Positions 14,187-27,384 of a stretch of DNA of 64,000 nt are shown in pieces. A model generated the notes under the pieces. That model was not told the origin of the DNA, ran no database searches, and saw nothing but the letters and a program-made list of their open reading frames with translations. Within the stretch, counting starts at the first letter, position 1. Each line of letters opens with the position of its first letter. A program made the position numbers and the translations under genes. Source of the stretch: the human T2T-CHM13v2.0 reference genome, Homo sapiens; the NCBI RefSeq assembly GCF_009914755.1, contig NC_060944.1; one strand, 5' to 3'.

Positions 14187-15296
14187 TAATAAGTAGGTCT
14201 AAAAAACAGCTTTGCTATTCAGAAAGGTCGCTGTGGTGAGTGGTGGGAGCACCAGTTTAGGTCAGGAAACTTCCTTGTTGTATGATATAGGCAACATTTC
14301 TGATCAGAGCAAATTTTCTTTTGTCATCATCCTCATTTCCTGGTACCTCTTTTTCCCCCCATCCCCCCACCACTGGCTCGTGCTTGTACAGGGTTCTCAC
14401 TTCCCCAAACCCAAAGTGTTTCGTGCCTCCAACTTGCTTGTTTCCAGCCTCATATAATTTCTTCAATCCCAACCTTTTATTCTTTTACTGTTCTACCTTA
14501 GTTTAGTTTAGCCAGATGATAAGAAAAAACTTGTTTATTAAGAGAAGGACCTGTCCTTCTCTTAATACCTTTCACAGAGTGGATTCTCAAAACATATTTA
14601 TTGAATCAATGGCTTGGCAATTTCTTACCAAAGTGGGAATGGTTACCAGCTCCTTAACCTTCACATTAGCTTGACTGAATTTTCAACTTATGGGATTGTA
14701 GTTGATAAGAAAATGAGTGAAAATGTTTAGGAAAGCATATACAAAAAGAGATTCTGAGGCAGATAAAGCAACTTTTTCTTGGAATTTGACCCTGGGACCT
14801 TAGGTTGATTCTCTAAACATAGTGTTTTTCTTTATTTTACTTTGGAAATTTATTTTCTAAATCAATAATACACCCCCTTCCCTTTTCAGAGTATGAGAAT
14901 CTCCCTTTAACATTCAAACAATCTTTCATATCCAAGAGTATTAAAATTGATAAATATCAAACGATCAAGTCTTACTCTGAATTGAATGTTTTATAATAAA
15001 GTGTATTTCAGTAGCATGATACCCATATGTATTTGTTGTTATGGGTATATATTTGTATGAAACATATTATTAATATATGTTTATAGATAAAGCTTGGTGT
15101 GAAAATCAATCCATGAGTCCTTGTCAATTAATCCAAGGACTCCTGGATCACTGTTGTAAAAGCTGCACCTTTTGTCCCCAGTGGTATTAACAACACACAG
15201 TAGCAATTGTTTATAACACAGATTGAATGTTAACTGGGCACTGCCTAAAATTATCAGCGGGATGAATGCTGACTTTATGAACTGTTATTTATGGCT

Positions 15297-15725
15297 TGTC
15301 TTAGGTTGGGTTCCCTAGAAGCCTGAGACAGGGATTTGGGGAAAAGTTATTTATTGAGGGAGTGCTCTCAGAAGAAAGGGAGGGAAGGAGAGGAACAGGG
15401 CAGGAAATGAGAAGAAGCATAAAAAAGATGAGATTTTGGGTAAAGTGTAGCTTCAGCCTGATCCTGCAAGGAGCTCTGGCGTGTGAATGGCACCACCAGT
15501 TTGTTCTACCTGAGAATTGAGAGTCTGTCCTTCCTTCACAAGTCATTCGTTGACTATGGGATGGCTCAGGGGGATTGTAAACTCCTTGCAGGTGAGGTGG
15601 CTCCAGTTGCTCAATAGTAATCCTCCAGAGAATGTCGCAGGCATGAGTTCAGAGCACATGGACCACATAGCAGCTGAGGATGCACGGAACTGGTGAACAG
15701 ATCTGGAAAGGGCACTAAGAGCATG
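15297..15725 (-). mobile_element. ERVL LTR16/LTR33-like solo LTR
   Basis: tgtcttaggttgggttccctagaagc is the reverse complement of the LTR16-type 3' terminus. Confidence 0.7.
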
Positions 15726-15742
15726 TAATTGTTACATGGCTT

Positions 15743-16300
15743 TATTCATTCATTCGTCCACTTAATATATATTTGTTGAATCCCTAGTCTGTGCAAGTTC
15801 CTCAGATAGAGTGGTGAATAAGTTGAATAAGGCCTTATTTTCATAAAGCTTACAGTTTGTAGGAGAATACAGAAGTAAACCAGTAGATAACTATAGCGAC
15901 AAGGTAACTTTAGAGATTGATGATTTTCTTAGAGAAAAGATAAGCAGTTCAATAGGTTGTGGAATGACTGGGGCAAAGGGCAGGCCCAATGAAAGCACTT
16001 TTGGTTAAATGGTCAGGGATGGGGACTTGAGCAGAGATAAGGAGCAAGCCGTGCAAGGATGGGAGTGTGCAACATTTTGGCAGAGGGAATGGCCATCGTC
16101 AGAGCCCTAAGATGGGCCAAAGCTCAATGCCTCTGAAGAACAGAATGAGGTCTGGTAAGCCTGTGGTGCACTTGGGAGAGTTGTAAGAAAAGGGTGGAAA
16201 AGTGGGCATAATGCACAAAGGAGTCCAACATTGTAAGAAGTTGGGCCATCTTGTATTCCAGTTGTAGAAATGAGTTCTTGGATCTGCATTAAGATGGGAA
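15743..16300 (-). mobile_element. L2 LINE 3' fragment
   Basis: attcattcattc...atatttgttgaa...aagcttacagt: antisense L2 tail and body. Confidence 0.7.
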
Positions 16301-17803
16301 AGATAGCAATTTGTCAGACCGTGACTTAGGTTTGCCTTAACATTGTCTATTAAAAACAGGGGTTTACTAAGCAGATTAATAAAATAAACAAGGAAAAATT
16401 TAGGATTAAAGGACATCTCACTGTTTTCAAACTCCAGAAGCATAGCAGGCATTGATTTCAGACATTTTATATGGTAATTATGAGAAAAATTTCTCTTTGT
16501 TAAAACCTTCCCAAGATTTTAAAAGATATATAGCTGGACTCAACCTTCCTTTGTCCTTGGCAATGTGACAAAGCAGCATTTTTAGAAAAGAATGTAAATT
16601 GGACTTGACCTTGGTTATACACAGGGAGAGTTATCAAGGTCATTTTATTGGGATTTTGTTTGTATTGTAATTGCTATTAAAATGAATCAAGAAGTAAGTA
16701 TAGAACATCTCTTTTTCGTTCAACATTCTGCTCTGGGTACTGAGACTGCAAGTCTTAAATGCAGATCTATTTCTCCATTCTCAAGTAATGATGTGTTTTC
16801 CTTAATCTTCTCCAAGTCCACTGGAGAAGGTACTATGATTGCAAATGCTACTAGATCAACATCACGGAAAATGTTTCCTAGACTTTATTCCTGAAGAGGA
16901 TAATACTTGCAGACTATCAGCCTCCATCAAAGCTGGTGAATGAAACCCACTGAACCTGTATAAAAGAGGCCCAGGAAAACTGTGTTTTTGGTCTGATCTA
17001 TCAGATCATCATTGAAGATCAAGATCAGAGAACAGGTCTCTAAACCGAAGCAAACTTAACATCTCAAACCAGAATGAACTGGAAATATAAGCAGCATTTT
17101 TATTCTTTCTAAAAATGGATTTTTCAAATAGTTTTGATTTATCAAAGATTCACAATCATTTTGTCATATTCTTTCCCACATCAACCCCTGCCTTTACGCC
17201 CTTCTGTGAAACCCACGTTTAATTTAGGGGGAACTTAAATCCATATATTTCTGATTCATTTGCTCGATGTTCTTTGGGAAGGCCTAGTTGATGTACGAAG
17301 AGTCTTATGATAACTTTTATAAGCCTTTAAGAATTTTTCTTGGAGACAGAAAATCATCTTTTCAGGCTTAAAGTGATCCTCAAAATCAGAAAAAAACTCT
17401 GGCTTATTGGAAATGGTGCTTTGAGGGAGTCTTAAACTCAGGCATTTGTGTATGTGTGTCCCACCCCAGTTGTGAGCTGTGCAGCAGGTAGCAGATAAAT
17501 AGCCCCTGAGAGGTGGGAGAAGCACAGGAAAAGGGACACAAAAAGAACCCGAATAGTGTAAGGATTCTTGGACCTGCCATGTTTTTCCATTTCTGAAGAG
17601 CAACCAGGGAAGTTCCACAACCTATAAAGTCAGATTCAATCTATGAAGCATATCTAAAGCCAAATGATTGTCAATCAACTTTGTATAGCATCTCTGAGCA
17701 AGTCAGAGAATGCTAGGACAGCTTTCAGATTTGTAAATAGCATAAGGCTTCATTTGTAAGTGCACTTCACTGTTGCTCAGCACTGTTCAGTGACCAGTCT
17801 TCA

Positions 17804-19615
17804 TTTTTTTTTCTTATTACACTTTAAGGGCTGGGTTACATGTGCAGAACATGCAGTTTTGTTGCATAGGTATACACGTGCCATGGTAGTTTGCTGCACC
17901 CATCAACCCATCACCTATATTAGGTATTTCTCCTAATGTTATCCCTCTCCTTGACCCGCACCCTTACAGGCCCTGGGTGTGATGTTCCCTTCCTTGTGTC
18001 CATGTGTTCTCATTGTTCAACACCCACTTATGAGTGAGAACATGGGGTGTTTAGTTTTCTGATCTTGTGATAGTTTGCTGAGAATGATGGTTTCCAGCTT
18101 CACCCATGTCCCTGTAAAGGACATGAACTCATTCTTTTTTATGGCTGCATAGTATTCCATGGTGTATATATGCCACATTTTCTTAATCCAGTCTATCACT
18201 GATGCACATTTGGGTTGGTTCCAAGTCTTTGCTATTGTGAATAGTGCTGCAATAAACATACGTGTGCATGTGTCTTTTTAGTAGAATGATTTATAATCCT
18301 TTGGATACATGCCTAATAATGGGATTGCTGGGTCAAATGGTATTTCTAGTTCTAGATCCTTGAGGAATCACCACACTGTCTTCCACAATGGTTGAGCTAA
18401 TTTACAGTCCCACCAACAGTGTAAAAGCGTTCCTATTTTTCCACAAAGTCTCCAGCATTTGTTGTTTCCTGACTTTTTAATGATCACCATTCTAACTGGT
18501 GTGAGATGGTATCTCATTGTGGTTTTAATTTGCATTTCTCTAATGACCAGTATGATGACGATTTTATCATATGTCTGTTGGCTGCATAAATGTCTTCTTT
18601 TGAGAAGTGTCTGTTCATATCCTTTGCCCATTTTTTGATGAGGTCATTTGCTTTTTTCTTGTAAATTTGTTTAAATTCTTTGTAGATTCTGGATATTAGC
18701 CTTTTGCCAGATGGATAGCTTGCAAAAATTTTCTCCCATTCTATAGGTTGCCTGTTCACTCTGATGATAGTTTCTTTTGCTGTGCAGAAGCTCTTTAGTT
18801 TAATTAGATCCCATTTGTCAATTTTGGCTCCTGTTGCCATTGCTTTTGATGTTTTAGACATGAAGTCTTTGCCCATGCCTATGTCCTGAATGGTATTGCC
18901 CAGATTTACTTCTAGAATTTTTATGGTCCTAGGTCTTATGTTTAAGTCTTTAGTCCATCTTGAGTTGATTTTTGTATAAGGTGTAAGGAAGGGGTCCAGT
19001 TTCAGTTTTCTGCATATGGCTAGCCAGTTTTTCCAACACTATTTATTAAATAGGGAATCCTTTCCCCATTGCTTGTGTCTGTCAGGTTTGTCAAAGATCA
19101 GATGGTGGTAGATGTGTGGTGTTATTTCTGAGGCCTCTATTCTGTTCCATTGGTCTATATATCTGTTTTGGTACCAGTACCATGCTGTTTTGGTTACTGA
19201 GGCCTTGTAGTATAGTTTGAAGTCAGGTAGTGTGATGCCTCCAGCTTTGTTCTTCTTGCCCATTATTGTCTTGGCTATGTGGCTCTTTTTTGGTTCCATA
19301 TGAAGTTTAAAGTAGTTTTTTCCAATTCTGTGAAGAAAGTTAGTGGTAGCTTGATGCGGATAGCATTGAATGTATAAATTACTTTGGGCATTAAGGCCAT
19401 TTTGACGATATTGGTTCTTCTTATCCATGAGCGTGGAATGTTTTTCCATTTGTTTATGTCCTGTCTTATTTCCTTGAGCAGTGGTTTGTAGTTCTCCTTG
19501 AAGAGGTCCTTCACATCCCTTGTAAGTTGTATTCCTAGGTATTTTATTCTCTTCATAGCAATTGTGAATAAGAGTTCACTCATGATTTGGCTCTCTGCTT
19601 GTCTGTTTTTGGTGT

Positions 19616-19616
<1 letters not shown>
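17804..19616 (-). mobile_element. 5'-truncated L1PA7/L1PA8-like element (3' ~1.8 kb), 3' partner of the FAT1 chimera
   Basis: Antisense L1 3'UTR and short T-tail at 17804; ORF-track fragments 18017-19583 are frameshifted L1 ORF2p C-terminal peptides ([40 protein letters not shown]). Confidence 0.95.
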
Positions 19617-20451
<835 letters not shown>

Positions 20452-21036
20452 TAAAGATGAAAAATTGTTGATTACAGAGTTAAACAAGTTCTACTAAGAA
20501 TATGAAGACTGTGGGCTCGTTAGGGACACATGAACAATCGCTGGACAGTGTGTGCAAAAGTATAAGAATAATTTTCTTTGTCCCATTTATTTCAGCTGTG
20601 CTATGACCTTTTTTAAGCAGGCTTTGAGGGCACCTGATGTCTCTGGGAAAAGAATGATATATAAACCACTCATTTAAGCCAAGTACTTGGCAATGCATGC
20701 ACGCTCATCAGAAATGGGTCATTTTATTGCTAAGAGCTTGGACTCTTCCTGGCTCGAGTGTCATTTTTCTACTAAGGCCAGAAATGTGCTCCACTATCAT
20801 CATCCCAAGTTTGGCCAATTTTTCCAAAGCCAGTGTTTATACAATCCTCCTAAAAAGTTTTCTAGCCTCACCAGGCTGCAGTGGGGTGACTTGGAAAGCA
20901 GGGATGTGATGAACCTTCATCTCAATGAATGCCACTACTATCTATGTAGGTTTTCAAAGAAAAAAAAACCCAGAACAACACTTGATTCTTTTCTTTTTAT
21001 GCTTTCCAAATGCAACCTATCAGCAAGTTCAAGAAG

Positions 21037-21198
21037 TCTTCCTTCTCAACTGTGGTCATCAAATCAGCAATATTAGCATCACCTGAAAATTTGTTAGAAA
21101 TTCAGAATCTCAGGCCCCGTCCCTGACTTGCAGAATTACAATCTGCTCTTCAGCAAGCTTCCCAGTGATTCTTGTGCACATTAAACTTGGAGAAGCCC
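21037..21198. mobile_element. MER5A-like MITE
   Basis: gcatcacctgaaaatttgttagaaattcagaatctcaggccc...cacattaaacttggagaagc. Confidence 0.75.
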
Positions 21199-21628
21199 CT
21201 CCATGAAATACCTCTTTATTCACTGCCATCTCTTGCCTGGTTTATTGCAATTCTTTCCTCCCTTCTGCTCTTGTCCTCCTTTAGCCTATTTTCAATTCAG
21301 TTACCAGAGTGGTCTTCAAAAAAAAAAAAAAGAAAGAAAAAGAAAAAATTACTGAAATCAATTTACACTGCTCTTTAAAACCCAAAGCTCTGCACTGCAC
21401 ATGAATATCTGAACTTGCCATCACTTAAGAGTCCCATATGAAGTGGCTCATCTTCCCAACCCCTCTCAACCATTCTTCCTGGTCTGTTCTTTAGCCAAGC
21501 TGGTCTTTATCTATTTCAGCCTGCACGAGCTTTCTCTTTGTTTGGTGTTCTTTGGCAGGACTTCTCATGGCTTTTGGTCATCAGATTTATTACAAATGTC
21601 ACCTACCTAGAGAATTCTTCTTGGCTAC

Positions 21629-22333
21629 CATCTTAGTTGGTTTGTGCTGTTATAACAAAATACCTGAAACCAGGTAATTTACAAAGAACCAAAATGTATT
21701 TCTGCACAATTCTGGAGGCTGGGAAGTCCAAGATCAAGGCACTGACATGTTTGGTGTCTGGTGAGGGCTGCTCTCTGCTTCCAAGACAGTACCTTGTTGC
21801 TGCATCCTCCAGAGTGGAGGAATGCTGTGTCCTCACATGGCGGAAGGGCAGAAAGGCAAATGGGAGGGGCCTAAGTGAGTTTCCACCAGCCATTTAGTAT
21901 GGCATTAATTCATCCATGAAGGTAGAGCTCTCATTACTTAATCACTTCCCCAAAGGCTCCATCTTCTTTTTTTTTGAGATGGAATCTCACTCTGTTGCCC
22001 AGGCTGGAATGCAGTGGCCTGATCTCTGCTCACTACAACATTCACCTCCTGGGTTCAAGTGATTCTTTTGCCTCAGCATCCAAGTAGCTGGGATTACAGG
22101 CATGAGCCACCATGCCCAGCTAATTTTTGTATTTTTAGTAGAGATGGTGTTTCACCATGTTTTCCAGGCTGGTCTCGAACTCCTGACCTCAGGTCATCTG
22201 TCTGCCTCAGCCTCCCAAAGTGCTGGGATTACAGGCGTGAGCCACCATGCCCAACTGGCTCCATCTCTTATTACCACTACAGTGGGGATTAAGTTTCAAC
22301 ACATGAGCTTGGAAGGACATATAGACCACAGCA
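21629..22333 (-). mobile_element. MaLR MST-type solo LTR with 5-bp TSD GCTAC
   Basis: ttctggaggctgggaagtccaagatcaagg; gctac at 21624-21628 and 22334-22338. Confidence 0.85.
21965..22256 (-). mobile_element. AluS inserted in the MST LTR
   Basis: Antisense Alu; exact TSD ggctccatct at 21955-21964 and 22257-22266. Confidence 0.95.
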
Positions 22334-23067
22334 GCTACCAAATTTAAATATACCTCCAATTAAACCATACATACCATATCATTCTCTTTTACTTTTTATT
22401 GCTTTCTGAATTATCTATAACTATCTTGCTTATTTGTTAATGGATTAATGATTGTTATCCAGAATGGATACTCTCAGAAACTTTTCCCATTTTATTTCCA
22501 GCTATATTATCAACACCTAAAATGGTACCTGGAATAGAAAAGGTACTTGGTATATATATTTGTTGAATAAATTAGTGAATAAATTCATATCTATATGATC
22601 TGAACAAAAACCAGTGTCTTGCCATTTATGTTCCTTCCTCTTTCTTTTCCTTTTTTTTTTTTTTTTTTTGGCAAATATTTGTTAGGCACTTAACCTATGC
22701 CAGGTATAAGGATAACCAGGGGAGGGGAAATAGATCTTGACACTGTCCATGTGGAGTATACCAGGATGTAGCAGAGAATAATAACTAAAATCACAGCAAT
22801 GCTGTCTCATAGAGTATATAAACGTTTTCCTAAGTTAGTTCAGGGGACCACCATGAGCTGTGGGGCTACAGGATGAATACATGCTAAACAGCAGAGGAAA
22901 GGGAAGAGAGTAGATGGGGAGAGCATTTCATTTTGTGCAGAAATAATAATGAATCCAAAGGCAACATGGCATATTGAAGAGACAGAAAGAGGGACCCAGA
23001 GAATAACTGGAGAACCGTATGTAGTGGGGCTGGCAGGCAGGTAGCCAGAGCAGTAGAACCTTCTGTG

Positions 23068-23201
23068 TAGGGCAACTATAAGTCCTGCTTTGCCTGGGGG
23101 ATTTCTGGTCTACCTGTGTGATCTGCTGTAATTATTAGTAGCACCCTCTTTTATTGTCAGAAAGTGTTCTGATTTGGATTAGGAACTATGTGGTCACTCT
23201 T
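23068..23201 (-). mobile_element. MER94-like hAT-Blackjack MITE
   Basis: tagggcaactat...ctgtaattattagtagcaccctctttt...tatgtggtcactct resembles antisense MER94. Confidence 0.6.
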
Positions 23202-23249
23202 ATGGGCCATATCATAGGCATTTATATTCAAAGACTCACCATAAAGTCT

Positions 23250-23520
23250 TGTGGTTAAGAATGATGACTCTGGACCCAGATTTTCTGGAGTCAAGTAAGT
23301 GGTTTACTATTATTTGCATTATGCATCCTTAGGCAAATTGCTAAACTTCTCAGCCTTGGCTTCTTCATTGTAAAATGGGGATTCAATAATTATAGTATTT
23401 AACTCATGTAATTTTAATAAAGATTAAATGAGTTAACACATGTTAATCTTGTAGCATAGTGTCTGGTATACATAGTAGGTAGGTACTCACCAAGTGTTAG
23501 CTATATTATTGTTATTATTA
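23250..23520 (+). mobile_element. MIR SINE
   Basis: gtggttaagaat...ttaggcaaattgctaaacttctc...gtaaaatgggg...agtgttagctatattatt. Confidence 0.8.
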
Positions 23521-23544
23521 ATATTTTAAAAATTGGCTTATTAA

Positions 23545-23695
23545 TTTTTAGAGACGGGGGTCTCTCTATGTTGCCCAGGCTGGAGTACAGTGGCTATTCA
23601 TAGGTGTGATTATAAAGCACTGCATCCTTAAATTCCTGGACTCAGGTGATCCTCCTATTTCAGCCTCCCCAGTAGCTGATACCATGATGCTCAGC
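23545..23695 (-). mobile_element. FAM (fossil Alu monomer)
   Basis: Monomer carrying the FAM-diagnostic cagtggctattcataggtgtgat segment. Confidence 0.75.
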
Positions 23696-25789
23696 TTTAA
23701 ATTTTAGTGTATGAATAATAATGGGAGGCTGTGACAGATATTAGAAGGTGTTGACATCATCAGAATTGTGTTTTTCAAAGGTCATTTAGACTTTCATGTG
23801 AAATAATATTTCAGGGAAAGCAAGGAGAAAATGCCTATAGAGTTCTCCATAAAATGACTAGTACATAATAAGTCTTCAATAAATAGACAAAATAAGTGAT
23901 CATCATGATCTTAATTATCAGCATCTTGTAGTACAAATAGAAGTGTTCAGAAGTAATATAGTTCGTAAATATTTTCTATTACTTTCCATTTGGTAGTATT
24001 TGGGGACAAAGCAGCTATTTGGAATTTGAGAGTCAACTCAGAGACTATTGTCTTAGAATCAGTAGAAGTTCAAAGATCAGAGTTGGAGGGACCACCCAAT
24101 TGACTCTTGTAAGTCAAGCTTTTTGCTCTCCCAAAAGGAATCCATAGGATTACAGACCCTCACTTGGAGTCCTTGGATTGCACAAAGTGTTTCTATATGA
24201 ATGTTTGATTTGGTATGCAATAATTTCCAGGGCAAAATTACTCAGCAACAGCAAGAAGGGTTGGAAGGCTTCAGCAAATTCCTCCCGGTGGGCCTTGACT
24301 TGAACTTTTCGGGTCTGGACTATTTCTTCCACAGCTCCCTGACACTCCTGTTACCCCAAGGGTGAGAGGAAGCGATGTGAGTGAAAAGGGGCCCCTTTCT
24401 CCTGAGGTTAGTGCGGGAGACACCTCATAGTCACTTGTCACTTTGCAATTCCCCTCTCCCAGGAGTGTGGAGAAGGATTACAGAAACCTGGCAGATAATT
24501 AACATTGCCAGTGTGAATGGAAGGGATTTGTCACACAATGACTTGAGCACCATAACTTTCTCACTAAACCTGGGGAAAAGGTAAGGATTTATGGGAAAAT
24601 CCCATTTAAGAATAGTTAAGGAACAGGGGGCATTATGGTAAATTGTTAACTATTCAGTTAACCAGGACTCATCCTGTTACCGTATCTGGTTTTCCCAGGC
24701 TAAAGGCTTAGAATATACTGAGGTGATTTTAGAAAACTAAGTTTTCTGACCTTTCCCAAGGCCTTTATAAACCTATGGGAATCATTTTAATGATTAGAGT
24801 CCATGGGGGGAAATTTAGCTTTTTGAATTCTTGGTGGATTGGCTTTTGGATAAAAGAGGATCCAACATATTGCATTAGATATCAGTGGTGAAAATCACAT
24901 GGAATATTAGCAGGCAGGACCTGAGAAAAGAACATAACCACGTGTAGATGGGAGGCAATCTTTTAATTTCCAATGCATGACTAAAATATCCTACCTTTTT
25001 GCCATTTCCAGAGCACTGAAAACTCAAAGTTCTCTTATTTTTTCAGGTTTCTAAGGATTGAAAAAGAGATTTATTCAAAGCCATGCTGATTGTCATGAAG
25101 GTACCTTAAGGTGGTGTGTTATAAGACTGGTTTATGTAGAAGGACAGGAAATGAGAAAAGTGGTACTTGGAACTGACACTCCAAGTAGGGGAGGCAGGGA
25201 CGGATGCACCGTCTAACATCCAACAACATATACAAATGCTAGTGAAGATAATGTCAATATTAAGTCCTACTATGTGTCACCATCTCATCGAGTTCTTCAT
25301 AACAACATTATAGGAAAGTCATGTCATTCTTAATTTCATAGACAAAAACCTAAAGATGAGAGAATTTAAGTACCAGGCCAGACTGTGAAGGAACTTGAGT
25401 CCAAGCTAAGCACTTTATGACTCTCCTTTATGTTGGCCAATTTTGTTAACGTCAGTGGAATGCAATGTATTCTGAGCTTTTGGGAGAGTGATATCAAGCT
25501 TTAGGTGCTGGCCTCATAGGCTTTTTTTGTGGTAGAAATAAAAATTAATATAAAAGCATTTTGTAGGGAGGTATAATCTAATTTATAAATAGATAAAACC
25601 AGTATTTAAAGAATGTGATGTGTGAGGGAAAAGAGAAACCCCTACCTCAAAATATCTCTCTCATTGCTCAGCATAAGTATGTGAAGTTCCTTATTTGAAG
25701 ATGCATTTCTTGGAGCCCAAGAGTATTTTAGAATTTTCTGTAATCTTGTTTCTTTTCTTCTCTCCTTCGCTCTGTCTTTTTGTTTCTTC

Positions 25790-26260
25790 ATTTCTCAAAC
25801 ACTTATTGAGCGTCTGCTGAGTACGTGATATATTGCTTCAGGTAGAGGATACGAAAAGGAAAAGCATGTCCTTCCTAGAAGACACGTAGAGTCTGATGAG
25901 GAGACAATAGGGTCAGACAGTCATTGTGATAAAACCCAACGAGGGGAGGGAGCATGGAGCAAAAGAGCCTTGAAGGAGGCTGAGACCTTCAGAAAAGTTT
26001 GTGTAGAGGAGGTAGTAATCTAGCAGAGGTCTGAAGGATGGATAAAATAGGGGATGGACATTCTGGACAATGGGGAAACCTATCTCAAAGGCCTTGTGGC
26101 GTGAAATGATACTGTGTGAGACTGAAGAATGCTGAGCTTTTCAGTATTTTTAGGACATGAATTGGAATGGGAAGAATTGATAGGTGCAGGATTTTTGTGG
26201 GTCAATAGAGGGCCATATTATTTTAACAAAGGAGTTTAGGTTTTATCCTGCAGCTGATGA
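25790..26260 (-). mobile_element. L2 fragment
   Basis: caaacacttattgagcgtctgct...ttgaagga...ggagtttaggttttatcctg. Confidence 0.6.
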
Positions 26261-26289
26261 GTAACTCTAGTGATCTATATTATTTTAGC

Positions 26290-26690
26290 TGAAAGTAATT
26301 GCAAAGTCATTTATTGGCACCTAGGAAGTCCAGGGTTGTGTCTGACTTAAATGATAGCTATATCGAGTTGCTTCTAAACTTAACAGTGATTCTTCTGGAT
26401 CAGCTTCATTCTTAGGCAAATATCACAACTAAAATTCTAGGCTTATATCTGGCAATCTCTACAAAAAAAAAAAAAGTAACATTTTTTGTAACATCTCTGC
26501 ATAAAAATCCCAGGGAGAATTCTCATTGACTCCGCTTGGATCATGTTCCTTCATCTGAACCAATCACTGAAGCCAAAGGAATGTCAACTTTGATTGACAG
26601 GTCATACGGTCATCCCTGGAACTGGTGAAGTGAGCTCCACTTAAATTCCATGGGCATTTCCCCAAGGAGATACTGGATAGCTGTGTTGGA
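26290..26690 (-). mobile_element. Old MaLR LTR (MLT1K/L-like)
   Basis: ctcattgactccgcttggatcatgt...ctgaaccaatcactg...gccaaaggaatg. Confidence 0.55.
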
Positions 26691-27050
26691 AGCTTAGTCA
26701 ATTACTCCCAGGTCCTGACACCCTCCCTGCAGTAGAAATTACAAGAGAATAAATATTCTTTTTGTAATAATTTTGATATGGAAATTGGGCACTGAACTGT
26801 GAAACTTTGAGGAGATCATAAATATGTCTACGAGAAGAAACTTAGGAAAATTTTGATGAAAGATGTGACATGATTGATTTGGTACTGCAAAGCTTGTTAT
26901 GTCTTTAAAAATACATCATTTTGCCCTGATACAAAGAACAAGTTTTTGCCAATACAAAAAAATTCAACAAACCATGACTTCTCAAATATTGAGCAAAATT
27001 GATTGTCTTGGAAGATGTTCCATGTTTCTACAATGGGTACACCTACCTAT

Positions 27051-27384
27051 TATAGCAGATGGCATAGGTGCTCTACCCAGATCCCCTCCACTGGGCTGGT
27101 GCACTCATCCCTTGGCTAGTGCAAGTGCTGTCTACTGAAGGCTATCAGCAGCTCCCTCCTCCAAGAAGGTTGACCAGCTGCATGGTACCATTCACTCTCT
27201 GGAGCTCCCTGTGGATGAGGCCGAGGCTAGACTTCTGAAAGCATGCCTTTGCCTGATCTTTTCTCCTGCTCCAGCTTGCTCCCCTTGCTTCATTGCAAGT
27301 TACTTCCTTGAGCTCTTCCTCCGTGTATCTTTTGCACAAGAATCCCCATCTGAGGTTGTGCTTCCAGGGAACCGACCCAATACA
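27051..27384 (+). mobile_element. ERVL LTR16-family LTR
   Basis: cccagatcccct...gagctccctgtggatgaggccgaggctagac...gcttccagggaaccgacccaataca. Confidence 0.75.

Larger units (their letters stand above)
21220..22585 (+). mobile_element. L2 3' region split by nested MST and Alu insertions
   Basis: L2-like ccatctcttgcctgg...attgcaa on the left; L2 tail atatttgttgaataaattagtgaataaat on the right. Confidence 0.6.

Noticed and set aside
25030-25106. Possible 54-nt plus-strand exon (ttttttcag|25047-25100|gtacct)
   Set aside because: The acceptor is good but the donor is weak, and there is no partner exon; compatible with chance.
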